A stretch of 64,000 nt of DNA, taken from Phoronis australis. Taxonomy: Eukaryota; Animalia; Phoronida. The DNA is taken from the NCBI GenBank assembly GCA_002633005.1, contig NMRA01000580.1, forward strand, positions 62,001 through 126,000, read 5' to 3'. Each line of letters begins with the position of its first letter. Positions within the stretch are counted from its first letter, which is position 1. Below the pieces are notes generated by a model. The model did no database searches and was not told the DNA's origin. It saw only the letters and a list, made by a program, of their open reading frames with translations. Of the stretch, positions 1-13,421 are shown piece by piece. Position numbers and translations under genes: made by a program.

Positions 1-1529
1 TAGAAACTCAAAAACGACGCCTCAAAACTCAGCTGAAGGAGCTAGTTCTTATAATTATTCGCCGCCGGTACCACAGTAAACGATTCCATGTGATTCGAAG
101 TTAGGCCTACTGATTCAGTACTATAATTGGCCAGTGACAGACAAAACCAACTCTGAGTTTTGCGCGCCAACCGGTCCCACGTAATTCTGTTGAAATGTGT
201 GCCTGATATCAGCTCATCCCGGCGTTAAATCTTGGTACATAAGTTTCCTAGAAACAATCCGACAAGGAAGGTGTTGTGATAATATGCTTCGTTGACTGGC
301 TAACTCTTGTATTTTCGTAATAACACTTTCGCGTCTACTGAACCCTCTATTTGATTAAAATTAATAATTGCGTCAGACTGAGTGCCAAATGGATGTTGGC
401 GGAAAGTAAGCATATTGGAAAAAATCTGATAACACTAAATCTTTGGGATACCAGGAAATGCTAAACTACAACCCATTAAGTAATGATTAAAGGAGAATGA
501 CACCCGATATATTTTGTTATTTACCGTCTTAATTGGTCTATATCCACATCACCTAGTATACGGTAGATCTCACTTCGCCGATAGGTATCACTAAACAGAC
601 TGTGTTCGAATCTATGGCGTCATCGGTTAACTTCAGCACCTCCGTCTGCCGTCAGGTGTCAGGTAAAAGAACTGAACTGAAGTTGCTGGTATGAGTGGAT
701 CTACTTGACCTAAATCGATACAAAGTAAGTTGTTTTTTTGGTGGCATTCTCCTTTAAGACCGCAGCTAGTGTAGTGTAATGGGCTATCGAAACATTCCCG
801 TTCTTTCCTTTTTAGTCCACCGGCAAAATATAGCTTAGTCGCGTCGGAAATTACAATAATTTATATGTCAATTTGACCGTGCGTTAAAGAGTGGAACATT
901 TAGATGGTGTGGCAGATTGGCGAAAAAAAAATAAGAAGTGGTACAGTCCACAAAGACCTAGTCAATTGGCAAATACATTGTACGTTGCCAGCAACACGAA
1001 GTACTGGATTGGGTTCTTTTCTAAGGTAAACTTTTCATTTGTTTTAAATTTTATTTCTCCGGTTAAGTTAAGTACTACATTAGTTATAGGTAAAAACTAC
1101 AGAGTTAAATAGTTTTTTTAAACAAATCTGTTTTTAGGTCCTAAACTTTACATTTAGACAAATGAAGCTTCTTTCCGTAAAACAGAGTTACACGATTTTA
1201 ACACCTAAAATATCTTGTTAAAAACCTCCTGGCATGCAGAACGGGAAATTTCAAATGCCAAACTGTCCTTAAAAGGGCAGTTTGTAAGGGCGGCCCAGCT
1301 CTGAAATATGTGGGGCTATGGCCCTACAGCCCTGATATAATTAAGTGGTGGTACAGCTCCCCCCGCCTTCCCCAACCCCCTATATGGTGCGCTGTCCATG
1401 GTTTGGCAAGCTTCGTGTTACAAGATTTGCAGACAGATTCATATGGACCATTTCCTGGGGAGAAAAAGAAACTTGTTGTCCCACATGGCGGCTACAGTAT
1501 TTGCGTTTCTTACAGTGGTACCATGGCAG

Positions 1530-1790
1530 CTAATCATCCACTGGATCTTCAAGGTTCCCATGAAGAGGCCGACACGCCACTTGCCTTCCATTTATCCACC
1601 TCAGATGCCAATGCATTGATCAAGGCCTCTTACACGAATGTTCTTGGAATTGTCATCGGAATGATAACAAATGGAGAGCGGCAGAGAAATGCCTTTCGAG
1701 CATGTAATAATGTACTGCGGATCTGGACATAACCGCACACGTATAGACGTCATCGCTATTGTTCAGACTTTAAAGTCTATACAACATGGT
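1530..1790 (+). mobile_element. Decayed XPG/FEN1-like (PIN) nuclease fragment, as in Academ-type DNA transposons
   Basis: Translates GSHEEADTPLAFHL...ALIKASYTNVLGIVIG then, after a frameshift, MYCGSGHNRTRIDVIAIVQTL. This matches the HEEADT...DTD...GxGxxR pattern of transposon-borne XPG-like nucleases; frameshifted and truncated. Confidence 0.55.
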
Positions 1791-1963
1791 CTCGTCTCGC
1801 ATTTTCTTCATCAAATGTCGTTTGACCATTCGTGCTGCTTTGTGACGCAACGAATCCGGGCCTTGTCGGATTGTAGCAATCATCTTCGTCCTCTATGTAG
1901 TTTTATGCTCTTTCCGACAATCTGCATGTATATCATCCCCCGGCACGTCATTCCTAATGCCAG

Positions 1964-2875
1964 CATTAATGACCGACCAAGTGTCAACATCTGCGCAAAC
2001 GGCCAAACTTATCATCTGGATTGAGGGAAGCGTAACTGACAACACCGGCACGGTATCCTTACATGTAGTTGTGCCTTTACAAACCTCGCAGAGTGACTGA
2101 TTCTTGATATAACTTCTATTTCTAGTTAGATGGGAGATTAAAACCTGAATCCTCGACCCAATGTACGTGTAACCCTTGAACTTGAAACTCGAAAGTTGAC
2201 CAAACACGTAGCATATGCTTCAAGTAAGTTTACTACTTCGTACTCAAATCTCGAGGCGTCACTGGCTAAGCCTGAGTTCGAAGATCAAGTTAGATACTGG
2301 GTCCCTAGCACTGATGACTTACTTTGTAATTGATGACAATGCGATGACGTTTTGAACGTCAGAAGTTCAGTTGATATTGTCATTTTCGTATATGCATCAT
2401 GTCAATGAGCATTCAATCACTTTTGCTAGCAAACTGGTTGGAGTCAGCGACACTCGTCCTAAGTACATACATATGGTGTTCTAGTTATGGTGGCTGTAAA
2501 AGGACAGCATGAGGCATTTTTTCCGGACTATCGATTGAATTATATACATGTAGGTTTGCTGACGTCTAACTCTACAGATGGAGCCTGTAATTAATTTTTA
2601 AGAGGAAAGATATTAAAAACGAAACTTTGGGTTGGAGTCAATATAGGATTCAATTTGATGGCGAACGACACATAGAGGCCAGAGTTTTAAGAGACCGTAA
2701 TTGCAACCGGCGAGTTATCATGTTCGTTAAATTGATCGCGTCAGACCTGAGCTCATGGAAGAAAAGCTAGCATTGATTGCCAAAGTAATTGCGTTACCTG
2801 GTCAGTTTAAGTGTTTAAAGAGCAAATAATCTAATCACCAAACGTGTTTAACGAAAATGGGTAAAATGTTCAGTC
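1964..2875 (+). pseudogene. Two decayed exons (1964-2223, 2578-2875) paralogous to the second Ig-like domain exons of gene A
   Basis: AG/GT-bounded segments with phase-1 donors (A|gtaagt, C|gtgagt). Peptides TAKLII..VVVPLQT..PRPNVRVTL and GWSQY..RVLRDRNC..GQFKC..GKMFS parallel SNKLID..LIVPFDT..SKPNINFIV and GWSSV..YIRDESC..YSFAC..GTVTFS. Internal stops and frameshifts. Confidence 0.5.
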
Positions 2876-3639
2876 GTGAGTGCATATAGTACGTCACAGG
2901 AGTCAATGAGTTGTGGCTTTTGTCTTTGGACACTCTGAAGACAAAATTTCTATACCGGAAACATTTTTGTGTCGTCCTTATGCAGTCACCGTGCCTAACT
3001 ACACTGTACATTTCAACACTACTTTTGTTCATTTACTAAATTTGAGTGCTTCACGTGGTGGGAGCAATGGCAAATTAAGTTTGCACAATCTTTGCCCTAA
3101 AACCTCCATGCATAGCTCATTTCAGGTGCCCCCATTTCGTCTCAACTTATTATGTTTTAAAACCCTTTTATGTAATACTACCCTAGTTTGTGAAGAGCCC
3201 TAACTTTGTATCTTAACATAACAGACACCAAGGAAACTGAATGGACTGTCTAGCCATGCTCGACTGGTTATGTTTTTACTTTCATAGCGTGAGATTCACA
3301 ACATGTGTGCCTAAAAAGCTGCCGAAATATTGAAACCATCTCTGGGCTCCATCTTTGTGTGAGGGGAAATGGGCAACAGTCCAATGGGACTCTTTAGACG
3401 TGGTTGACTGGGGAATCTCAATTCATGCAAGGAATTGTACGATGATACTTTGTTTACATCAAAATCTAATTCTGCCTGGTGATTTGGTAATTGGTCCAAT
3501 TTCGTTGCACACCCAGCAGAATTGATGAGGAACATATTATTGCAACATTAAATAAAAGTTTTAGGTTGTTTCGTCCAATTTTCAAGTATGTTACTAAGGA
3601 AATGAAAACTGCGCGAACCGGATACCACCGACGAGAAGA

Positions 3640-4350
3640 TCAATTTATTACCGACGAAAAAGTCCACTGTGAGATCACGTGACGGGAAGTCAAACTCTGT
3701 TGGTACAAGGACTTCCTACAGGAATCTTCAATGGTGGATATTACGGTGGAGAACGTTCTCTGGGAGATGAAGTTATCACCATATGGAAGAGCCAGTGACA
3801 GAACAACTTACACCTGAGTTAATAGTCCGCGGGAATATAAAATTAATACCGGGTATAAGGTCCAATATGACGGCATCTTACAGGTAGAACGAGTTACTTC
3901 CGCATAGAATGTCCACCTGGAGATCTGCAAGAAAAGTCTCTTGTAAATCAAGTTACTACGGAGAAGAAGGTCCAAGGAGAGATCAAGTCATAACTAGTAG
4001 GAGTAAATAGGAAATCGTGTTATTAGGCTACTGGGGGAAGGTCAGCTGGCTGAACAAGTTTCTATTTCTCAGGTGTTAAGTTCCACCAGGATGTCAAGCT
4101 ATTGGCTTTGGAAGGTTTAATCGGACAACAAATTAGTACTTGGGAGAAAGTTCAATTATTGTCGAGAAGAAGGTTCATTGGGAAAATAAACTACTGTCGT
4201 GGTGACTACCCCCTGGGAGATGAAGTTTTTACTGAAGGGGTCTAGTGGTAGATGTAAATGAAACCATTAACCTGTAGATGATCCGCAGGGGGATCAAGGT
4301 ACTACTGGTATGTCTAATAACTACCCTGACGAGTTACTATTGGGAAGGGC
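3640..4350. repeat. Diverged tandem repeat, about 30-35 bp unit
   Basis: Recurrent gagaaggtcca/ctgggagatcaagttactac-like units. Confidence 0.55.
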
Positions 4351-5478
4351 ATTGGGTAATGTAATGAATTGCGCCCAGCATGATGGTCTTAGTAGTACGT
4401 TTTTTACACACTGGATTAACCATTTATTTTGAATATGTTGCAGAAACGATGGTATTCATTTGTAGTTTGTTACTAGGTGAAGCACGGTTCGTTTTGTAGG
4501 CTCGTTCAGTAGGACCTGTGTTGTCATTGTGCATGGTGTGGCGTTCTGGTAGGCGAATGCGCTCGGAGTTGGCAATGATCATTGGAGAAACAGTCGTGCT
4601 GTCATGAGTGGTGGACGGCGGAGGAGCAACCACCACAGCTGGTATAAAAGTGACAACCATGTATTAATTGGAAGGCCCGGGTTGGAGGCACACTGACGAG
4701 CAGAGTGTGACAACCGTTTGCGCAAAGGACGACAAGCAATTGGAATGTTCATACTGAACCCTGTTGTTGTCAAGAGAATTAACGTATCCATGTGATTTCA
4801 GATGCACATAAATAGTATGTTTAAACTGGCTTTAAGTGGAAATTACGTCGTGCAGCTAAGTCACGTTCGTGGTGTAACTGCCCACTTAAATAATGAAAGA
4901 AATTAAACCTTTTCAGCTGGACTCTCTAGAGCGTCCCACTCCCTTTTTGAGACATGGTTGAATATTTGGAATGGCACGACAGGTGGAGCTTTCCACTATG
5001 CTGCCCTAGATGTATAAAGATATCCATTTCAACATATATTCAGCTAAATGTTTTTTTATAATTTTTTTGTGATTTTGTCTTGTTGATAGCCACTTCGTGG
5101 TAGAATCACAAAACAATTTGATATCTTTTCGAAACATAAGTTTTGGATAATGGCGTGACTTACATTGTACGGAGTTTGCAATAGGGGGTTACGTGGCAAT
5201 ATCAAACAGTTGTTTCTTGTTCAGAGGAGTCCCTATACAGTAGCTGATTAAGTTTCAAGCAGCCGAAAATAGAGAACAGCTTCTGATCGGAAGGGTGGTC
5301 ACCAGGGAGAAAAAATTGGTCCTGGGAGTCGATGAAAGAGGCTTTAATGCAATGTGGGTCACGCCAGTGTAGGCTCTCGGGAACACGTGTCTAAGGTGAG
5401 AATTGCAACGTCTTTACCTACGGCGTTTGGCGTTTCCTTGTTAAAAGTTGCGCTGACCATTAACTTCAACAATTTCAG

Positions 5479-5856
5479 ATTTGATTACTCTTACGCGAGG
5501 AAGGGTTACTCAGATAAAATCCAGTGGAATGGTAATAAATTCTCCGACTCTGGCAGTGATTCGGATACACTTTGACAGTACAAACGGAATAAGGTCTATT
5601 ACGTGGTTTCGGCAATTTGAGAAGGACAAAAGAAAATACGAACCGCTATATGTTGTCGACTTTAATACCAAGAGAGGAACCCCACTGAACGACTACGTAG
5701 GAAGAGTCCACGGTATCGAAATTGTTGATGACGCGATATTCATCACTTTTAAACAGGGATCAATCTCCGCCTGTGATTCCGGAGTATATAATGTCAACGT
5801 TACGTATGAGAATGACACATTTGAAGTATCCCAACAACACATAATCAGAATTGACG
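5479..5856 (+). CDS. Gene A exon: IgV-like domain lacking the canonical disulfide
   Basis: ttcag|AT...G|gttagt, 378 nt, phase 1-1. ITWFRQ (C-strand Trp), YVGRV, and DSGVYNVNV (D-x-G-x-Y-x-C with C replaced by V). Confidence 0.8.
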
Positions 5857-5993
5857 GTTAGTAAAGTTAAAAAGGGTATAAAATTTCCTGTGCCAAACTA
5901 TCAACGAGTTCATAGTGTGATTAAGTTATGCGAAGGAACTAGTTGTTGCCGTAAACATCGACACATCTTGTCGTGCCGGCCTTCACGACTTAT

Positions 5994-7240
5994 ACAGCCG
6001 ATGTCATAAAAGTGGTTTAACAAAACCGGTCTTCCTAAACCTGGTCTAATTTTAGACCTAACTTGCATTTTACCAACTAGGTTCGAAGTATGAATGTCTG
6101 GTTTTGCTAGACCAGGGAGCAGGTTCAGTAAAACCAGGCTAAAGTATCCAAGGCACCGTGCTGCGTCGAAACTGTTGGATTTTTTAATGGAACAGTGATC
6201 ACGTGGGTATCAATGACAACACACAGTTGTAGGTAGAATCGGTGCAGAAATTTCTGAAAAAAGTCTAAAAGCTTTTCTCAGGAGTAAAAATGTTCCCTCA
6301 CAGAACTTATCAGAGAAAAAATAATGTTATAGTGAACAGAAAAACTGGTGCCAAAGTAAGTCGACGTAAGCAGCAGACTTGGAGAGTGTATTGGTTTAGA
6401 CCGCCTGCACAGTTTCCCGTAACCGGAGATATACAACCCACAAACAGTGAATGAGCATCACTCAAAAATGAAGACCAGAAAGAAAATTTCATCAGTAAAA
6501 AATTCCAAAGAAAAACGGTAAGGGGTCCAGTGCCAGACCTAGGATGTCATGAGGGGAGCTTTTTGAATTTGGGGTATCTGCGCCCACAATACACACGGTG
6601 AACACACATTAAAGTACATGCCTATGATTAGCAGCATCATAATAAATATCGTGTCATTTTTATTGTTTATGTTTTGCGACCAAGGGAGGGGGGTAAGACC
6701 CCTGCCCGGCAACCTTAAATCTAGGACCAATAGAGTTGCCGTCTTCAGTCCCGCCCGTGTCGCTTACAACGATGACTTACTGCTCGACCAGTCGTATTCA
6801 GAGGAGTCCGACGGACACCCTGCAACATGTACTGGTCTACATCTGATCTTGTGTCATCGTAAAACTGAAAATCGAAAATAGTCCATTCTCGTTCTTAAAT
6901 TGCGTCGGTGATGCACACCGCGCCGGGCATCACCGACGCTGCACGGATCAGCACACCTGTATCGTGCAAGTCTGCAGTGATTAAAGTGTTAAACCTGGGT
7001 CTGGCCAGGTCTAAAGTTAAATCTGGTATAAGATATCTATACAGCTCTGAGGAATATAGACCTTGTTGGCGAAGTGGAAACTGACCTAAACCAAGTGTGA
7101 ACTGGAGTTAAACCAGGTTTTACGAGACAACTAAAAGTTAAACTACCATTGCGATATGCCAGTTATCGTTAAATCTGGGCTAAAACTAATTTAAACCAGG
7201 TTTAACTTTAAAACACACCTTTATGAAATGTGCCGATGTT
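5994..7240. mobile_element. Non-autonomous TIR element (Harbinger-like MITE family); second partial copy at 40010-40383
   Basis: Starts cagccgatgtcataaa; the copy at 40366 ends tttatgaaatcggctg (inverse). 6840-7230 is visibly homologous to 40010-40380; aaaccaggtt subterminal repeats. Confidence 0.6.
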
Positions 7241-7370
7241 GTCGAGTGCGGCACTGTCACAACACACAGGTTGTGCAAAATTGTTATTAAGTATGAAATT
7301 GGACATTTTTGACAAAGTTGTTGTGTTATTACAGTCTACTTATATGATAATATGTTTGTTTACATTGTAG

Positions 7371-7571
7371 CATATGAAGATACGTCAAACAAGTTAATCG
7401 ACTATTACTACATCAACAAACAAGGGCGTCGCGTTGGTGAAGACGGTAACAAAACAAAACTGATCGTTCCGTTTGACACCATGTTTGTTGTTGTTTGTTA
7501 TTACAATTCTGTGGCCTCCAAACCCAACATCAACTTTATTGTAAAAGACAGCAACAGAGACCAGGAGGCAA
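7371..7571 (+). CDS. Gene A exon: first half of second Ig-like domain
   Basis: tgtag|CA...A|gtatgt, 201 nt, phase 1-1. LIVPFDTMFVVVCYYNSVASKPNINF (B-strand Cys). Confidence 0.7.
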
Positions 7572-10005
7572 GTATGTCTCCGAGTAACTCTAATCTGAAA
7601 TAATCCAGAAGAACGTTCATGAATGCCCTAAAATTTTTGCCTCTGTGATTGTCGCTAATAGCGTGGATCATTCCGTTTGCCATTTTCCCTTGTAATTTCC
7701 CATATCTGCAACTTCCTAAAGCCGTTTTGAAGTGTTGCAGACCCGTGGCATCAGTTTCTAAAATCTATTGGTCTATCTACAGCAACGTCTAACGTATTTA
7801 CACTGGCACGACGTTTCCGTCGGACGTTTCCCGGGTCTTCTTCAGGTGTTACAGGGTTCTCAGAAGAACGCCCAGGTACGATGTACCTAGTAAACAATAG
7901 AGTAATATCATGTAGATCATAGCTTAGTCTAGTACCTGTAGCGAGACTAGTCGGCACCGATCTCTTCTCGCTCATGATGTCGAGTAAGTTCCGGTTGGTA
8001 ACAAAAGCTGTATTCCCAATAAGAGCACAGATTGCCCCCCCCCCCTCTCATAACAATAATTATCTCCGGTTTATATCCGTTGGGTTACGGTAACACCTTT
8101 ATAATCCAACTGTCTGCATATACTGCGCTTGCTTTCGGTGCTGGTTATAGTTTAGGGAATATGCGCTCGCTGGTTACCTGCGTGTTCGCTGGGGGGTAGA
8201 GGACTCGCAGGCATCATTTACACCGGAGTTTCTGATTGGGTAGTCGAATTGTCAACAGGTAGCGCCTTACGCAAGCAAACTAGCTTGACTGATGGGAGGA
8301 CGTGTAAATGTGGATATAGTTTGTAGTGTGTTATACAGGCAAATCGGTGCTTAATTGGGGGTCTTCCACGAAGCTGATTGCGCGCTGAAGTCTGGGACGA
8401 GCCTAGATCAAGACTACACTCCGGTATGGTGGTCAAAGATTGGATTTTTGCATCGCTAATTGGATTTCAAACGCACACTTTACGGGTGTCAGTCCTGAAA
8501 ATTCGCCACTAGTAGAGCAGAGACCCTTTCCAAGAAAACAGACAAATCTTAAATTTCAGTCAATTGAAGATAAAACTTAAATTTGTCTAAAATGGTTTTC
8601 AAGAAAGAGATCTATAAGCTTCACTTAATTTTGACTGACTTACCGGACGTGGAAGTTTCAAAGTTTGGGAGTTGGGACAAAGCTTAGACTTAGGCCTAAG
8701 TCAAAATGAACTTATGTCAGTCATTTTCCCAGAACAGGACACAGTAATTAGGTTATTCGTTTACTTAGAGGATTTTTACATATACTCATATTTTCCTAGG
8801 AAGAATAGTCATATGTCACTTGACTGATCGGAAGACAACGTCGTTTGGTTTCATATGTCTGTGTTCCTTGAACTTCCGTTTAGTCCATTCTATTTCCCTA
8901 TAGAGTTTTAGAATGTTACCCCACTGAATGTTATGCTTTTGGCCGCACGTCGGTACATGTAGTTACACATGATGATGTAATGCTTTCTCTACGGAATTTC
9001 ATATGCACAGTGATCATGGTTTGCAATGGGTGTATGCTTCACCAGCACACGATTTACGAGAGAAGATTTGAGAGATGGCTTTTTCACTACACCTTGTATA
9101 GTCGACTCCTCGTGGCGTACTCCGTTCTCAGTACTCTTTAACACCTTGACAACACCTATACAATGTCGAATTGAAACTCAAAAGTCATTTTAATACTGAA
9201 ACGTTGAACGACCTGGTTTGCTATCTATGTGTAATAACTTTGATAAAAATCCACACTTTATTGACGTCCTCTTTGACATGCTTAGCTACGATTTTGGCTG
9301 ATCAAATGAGTTTTTTTATACTGTACGCACTGACGATGATACAGTTTACTGGTTGTTATAAATGGTTCCCAGGGATGCCGTACGCATTCTTGAAAAGTTT
9401 CATTAACCACACCGTCTTTTTCTTATAAAAAACCTCCTTGGCACTGTCTCTATCTTTGGGAATTTCTCTGCTCCTTTTGTGCTAACTAGAGATAAGTGGT
9501 TATCAGAGTGTGCTCGAATACATAATAATTTAAGCCTATGAGTTTCTAGTCCAAGTTTGGGTTTAAAGACCTTTATATTCGTGCCACAAACGCTGGTAAA
9601 AACTCGAAATTTCGTGTTCAAACTCGAACTTTTAGCCTTGAACTTGGGTTTATCACCTGCAAACTAGGATAAATAAAGTAAGACATTATGTACTCGAGCA
9701 TAGAATAATACACACTTATCTTGAGTTCCCACAAAATTAAAGTAGAAAATGCCAAACATAATTTGGAGTTCCATTTGAAGTAAAAAGACCGCCGGGCCCT
9801 GGGTCGGGTTGCTTAAAACTTCAAATTATCCGCTGGATAAGTTTGATTGTTACATGACGTCAAGTGTATTGTTCAACAATAACAACGTTGAGCGTGATAA
9901 TGCGACTTAATTGTTGCTACACGGCGCGTACTTTTTATGCAACTGGGCAGAAACTTCCGACTATACTAGGGCAACTTTTATTATGTCTTACATTCCTTAT
10001 TCCAG

Positions 10006-10344
10006 AGTACGCCGCTTATACCATTTACAACTACAAAAATGGTGGTTGGTCATCAGTTGTATATGGGCAGTTTCTTCGTCACCACTTCCACGTGCGCTCA
10101 AACATTTTCTATCATTTACAGGGCCAACCCGTATATTATGAGGTGAAGCCTGTCCCACACGTTGCGTACATCCGGGACGAGAGCTGCTTGTACAATGCCA
10201 GCCTGACTGTGACATTACTAAATACACGAAATAACAGTAGACTTCAAAATGCACGTGGCTCTAATTCGAGCAACGTGAGCTACTCCTTTGCATGCGACCT
10301 TGATGAAGAACATGTCATAATGACAGGCACAGTAACTTTCAGTC
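10006..10344 (+). CDS. Gene A exon: second half of second Ig-like domain
   Basis: tccag|AG...C|gtgagt, 339 nt, phase 1-1. YNASLTVTL...YSFACDL...GTVTFS; several N-glycosylation sequons. Confidence 0.7.
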
Positions 10345-11546
10345 GTGAGTACTTGGCAGTGCCATGCGCGCATCCAGGGCGGCGAAGTGGGCAAAAAGCC
10401 CCGCCTCATAGAAACAAAAAAGCCGAGAAAACGAGACAAAAGTCCACTAAAAAGGCGCGAATGCATAATTCATAGCTCTGAACGTGGTACCCCGTTGTTT
10501 TTAGTCCCCCGTTTGTTTTGTTAGTAACAGATCCACATTGTCAAAAATTGGAGCCCCTCTATATTTTAGGCTGTGTGCGCGCATGAGTGCAATAAATGAC
10601 GTGAAAGCAGCACGTGAACTATATAGTCTCGTGCGAATGACAGGCGGTATTTTTGATGCAGCCTGCATTATCATCGTCTCGTTTTCATCATTTGTTATAA
10701 TTGCCCTGGTTAACTATTTCCCATGCATATAATGTGAATTTCTCACATGACCTGGGAAGTGTTACGACACGACTTGTTAATAATACCGAGTACGTAATTT
10801 TTCAAAGTACATGGGCGGATCACAGAGTAGTGCAAAGTAAAAACAGTGCTTTAGTGGTAAAATTTGAGGCGCCCAAAGCCCACCGTATCACCTTGAGCAC
10901 TAAATGTAACTTACGGTTCGTTGGCGCTACATTCAAATGCCAAAAGGTGGTTGGCTGCGCCTACGTGCGCCTACGCCCCACTGCGGCACTGAGTAAAATC
11001 CATACGCTTTACATTTTATCGTCAACAAAACATTAAAACAACCAAACTCGCGCCAACCAGGCAATGACGGAATTCCAAAAAGGTGACAAGGTTATGATTG
11101 ACAAATCGGGTGTCGCAACTGTAAGAACTCCCAGTGGGAAGGACATGCAAATAACTTCTTAACCGGACCCATCGTCGGCGGCGAATTCCATATCCACGTT
11201 CATTCAAATGGAGACGAGCCCCAACTCAAGAAACGCGGCTAGACTGTCTAGCTGTGCTTTCTCAAGGTCACTTCAGTGCTCACGTGCGGGGAAGCCTTGC
11301 TGACTTATTTATCAATTTTTTTAAATTTTAAGACTACAACTTCAAAGACTTCTAACTTGAATACTTGGAACGAAGCTGAATACAATTTACAATTGTTGAG
11401 CTTAAAAAACTATTAATAAAAAGAAACTGAATTCCTTAACATTGCGCAAGCGTGTTTTTACAATAGTTGCGTCGTGTGGTTGAAAGTTTTAGACAGTTTT
11501 TCAGCAAAAAAGGTCGTTTTTACGGTTCATGTGAAAAGCAAAATTA

Positions 11547-11671
11547 ATCCTACACTCGTTTCGAATTTATGACATGGGCAAAACCTCTTGGAAACTTTGG
11601 CAAGCCTGGAGATTTTGATGAAATTTCCATGAGGTTTTGCCCATGTTATAAACCTGAGACTCGTGTAGGAT
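11547..11671. repeat. Imperfect inverted repeat (hairpin MITE)
   Basis: atcctacac...catgggcaaaacctc pairs with gaggttttgcccatg...gtgtaggat. Confidence 0.7.
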
Positions 11672-12989
11672 ACTAAATTCAGACCTCACAAAGAGCGGCA
11701 AGAAATGAAGGCAACTCCATTGATGTATTTCATGAAAAAAGTGATTAAATATTTTTAAGTTTTAAAAGTCAGAAATTAGGCCGTACGCTCTACACAATAA
11801 AGACGTTAATGGTAGTCTCAGAAAAAATCCTACAAATTATTTTTAGACTGTGAATTTTTCAGAATTACTTGAATGTCTAAACGTTCATTTGGCAGCCATG
11901 AAGTTGAAGCGCAAGACCAAATTTATGTTCTTAAGTGACTAAGACTTAGTCGTTTTCATGAAATACGCTTAGAAGATAAACAAATGGACCCAATTGATTT
12001 TCAAAAAATTTCCGAGGTTTTTGAAAAAAAAAATTTCATTAAACAACACCCAATCGCCTGTTTTGTAGAATTGTAGTATGCAATCGACCGACTTTAACGT
12101 TATTCACAATGTCGCCATTTATATAATGATCCTCTTTTTAGGTTTAAAAAACAGTACATTTGAGACATAAATATAACGAAAAACGGAAAACAATCACGCT
12201 TTGCAATGTGATTAAGTGCAGAATGCATTGTTTTAAAAATCTAAAAACAGGCTCGCTTTTAAAATGGCGACTTCGTGAATAGGGTGGGGGTGAAACGCAG
12301 TGTTTCGTTTGATCATGATTATGATTGGTTGCATATTAAATTATGTTAGCAAAGAACATGGCAACTAGACAGAAAATAGGGAAAAAATACTCATCAACAT
12401 TTGCGGCAGACAGTTAAAACATTTTCACTGAAATCTCCTATCCATTCATTCCACTTCACGATCGCTTCCCCTTTCCCTCTCTGGATCAACCATTTCTTCC
12501 GACTTACCATCTAACATCATTGCGGCATAATCGTTTACATGTACATGTACATGTACGTATAAAAACGACCACGTACCAACATGAAGAGACGTGCCATTCA
12601 GCCACAGAATGTGACTATTTTAATAGAGCACATTGGATTGGACATTTCGATTGGAGGAGTGCAGGATTATTACTGCCAAGTGTACGGACACAAAAAGTGA
12701 TGATAAAACTTAATGAATTCCTGTTAAACTGCTACAAGTACAAAACGTTGTTGGTCCCAAGCAGATGGCACAACGTTTTGTGCCGAATTGTTTTATCGAA
12801 GAGATTCAGCGGTAAATGTCATTGAGTGCTTGTATGTGTGTGNTCTTTTACAGATTATTGCCTGTTTCTAAATTATGTTTGGAAATTTATGAGCACCGCC
12901 ACTGAATTTTGGTACAATTTTAGTAGCATACATGTTCTTACTTATATCATTTACCCTGTCATTTATTTTGTATATTTCCCAATTCTTAT

Positions 12990-13057
12990 GCACAAGGGGC
13001 GCACCATAGGGGCTGCGGGGCTATAGCTCCCACTTATTTCAGTGCTGCGCCGCCCAT
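12990..13057. mobile_element. About 70-bp hairpin MITE family (CATGGGCGGCGC...GCGCCGCCCATG); other copies near 1290-1400, 18419-18563, 30710-30852, 37657-37731, 52860-52970
   Basis: The same GC-rich motif (ggggctatagccccc..ttttcagtgctgcgccgcccatg) recurs in both orientations with terminal inverted repeats. Confidence 0.75.
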
Positions 13058-13226
13058 GTTATGTTGTTCGTCTATCTTCATGGTAACAAATAAACAACTC
13101 AAATCAAAATGTGAATGTATGTATTCACGCTTTTGTGTGTAAACATGTGCACATCAATGCGTGATATTTAATGTTCAGGTTGTAGAGCAAACTGTAGCTT
13201 AATGTGCTTCTCAATCTTTATCACAG

Positions 13227-13421
13227 TTGCTTCTCAATGTGAAGTGGAAAGAATGCAAGGTGAATCGCAAAGGGACTTGGTCGGCGTGTTTATTCCCTTC
13301 TGTACTGACAGAGGGTATTACGCGCCAAGGCAATGTTATCCTAGCATTGGACAGTGTTGGTGTGTTGATTCAGACGGCAATGAGATTCCAAACACGCGCG
13401 CTAGATCTAGCGTCATCTGTG
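13227..13421 (+). CDS. Gene A exon: thyroglobulin type-1 domain
   Basis: cacag|TT...G|gtgcgt, 195 nt, phase 1-1. C...FIPFCTDRGYYAPRQC...CWCVDSDGNEI...C carries the diagnostic QC and CWCV motifs with 6 Cys. Confidence 0.92.

Noticed and set aside
5225-5395. Signal-peptide exon for gene A
   Set aside because: Good splice signals, but the phase-1 frame has a TAA just before the donor and no hydrophobic core.
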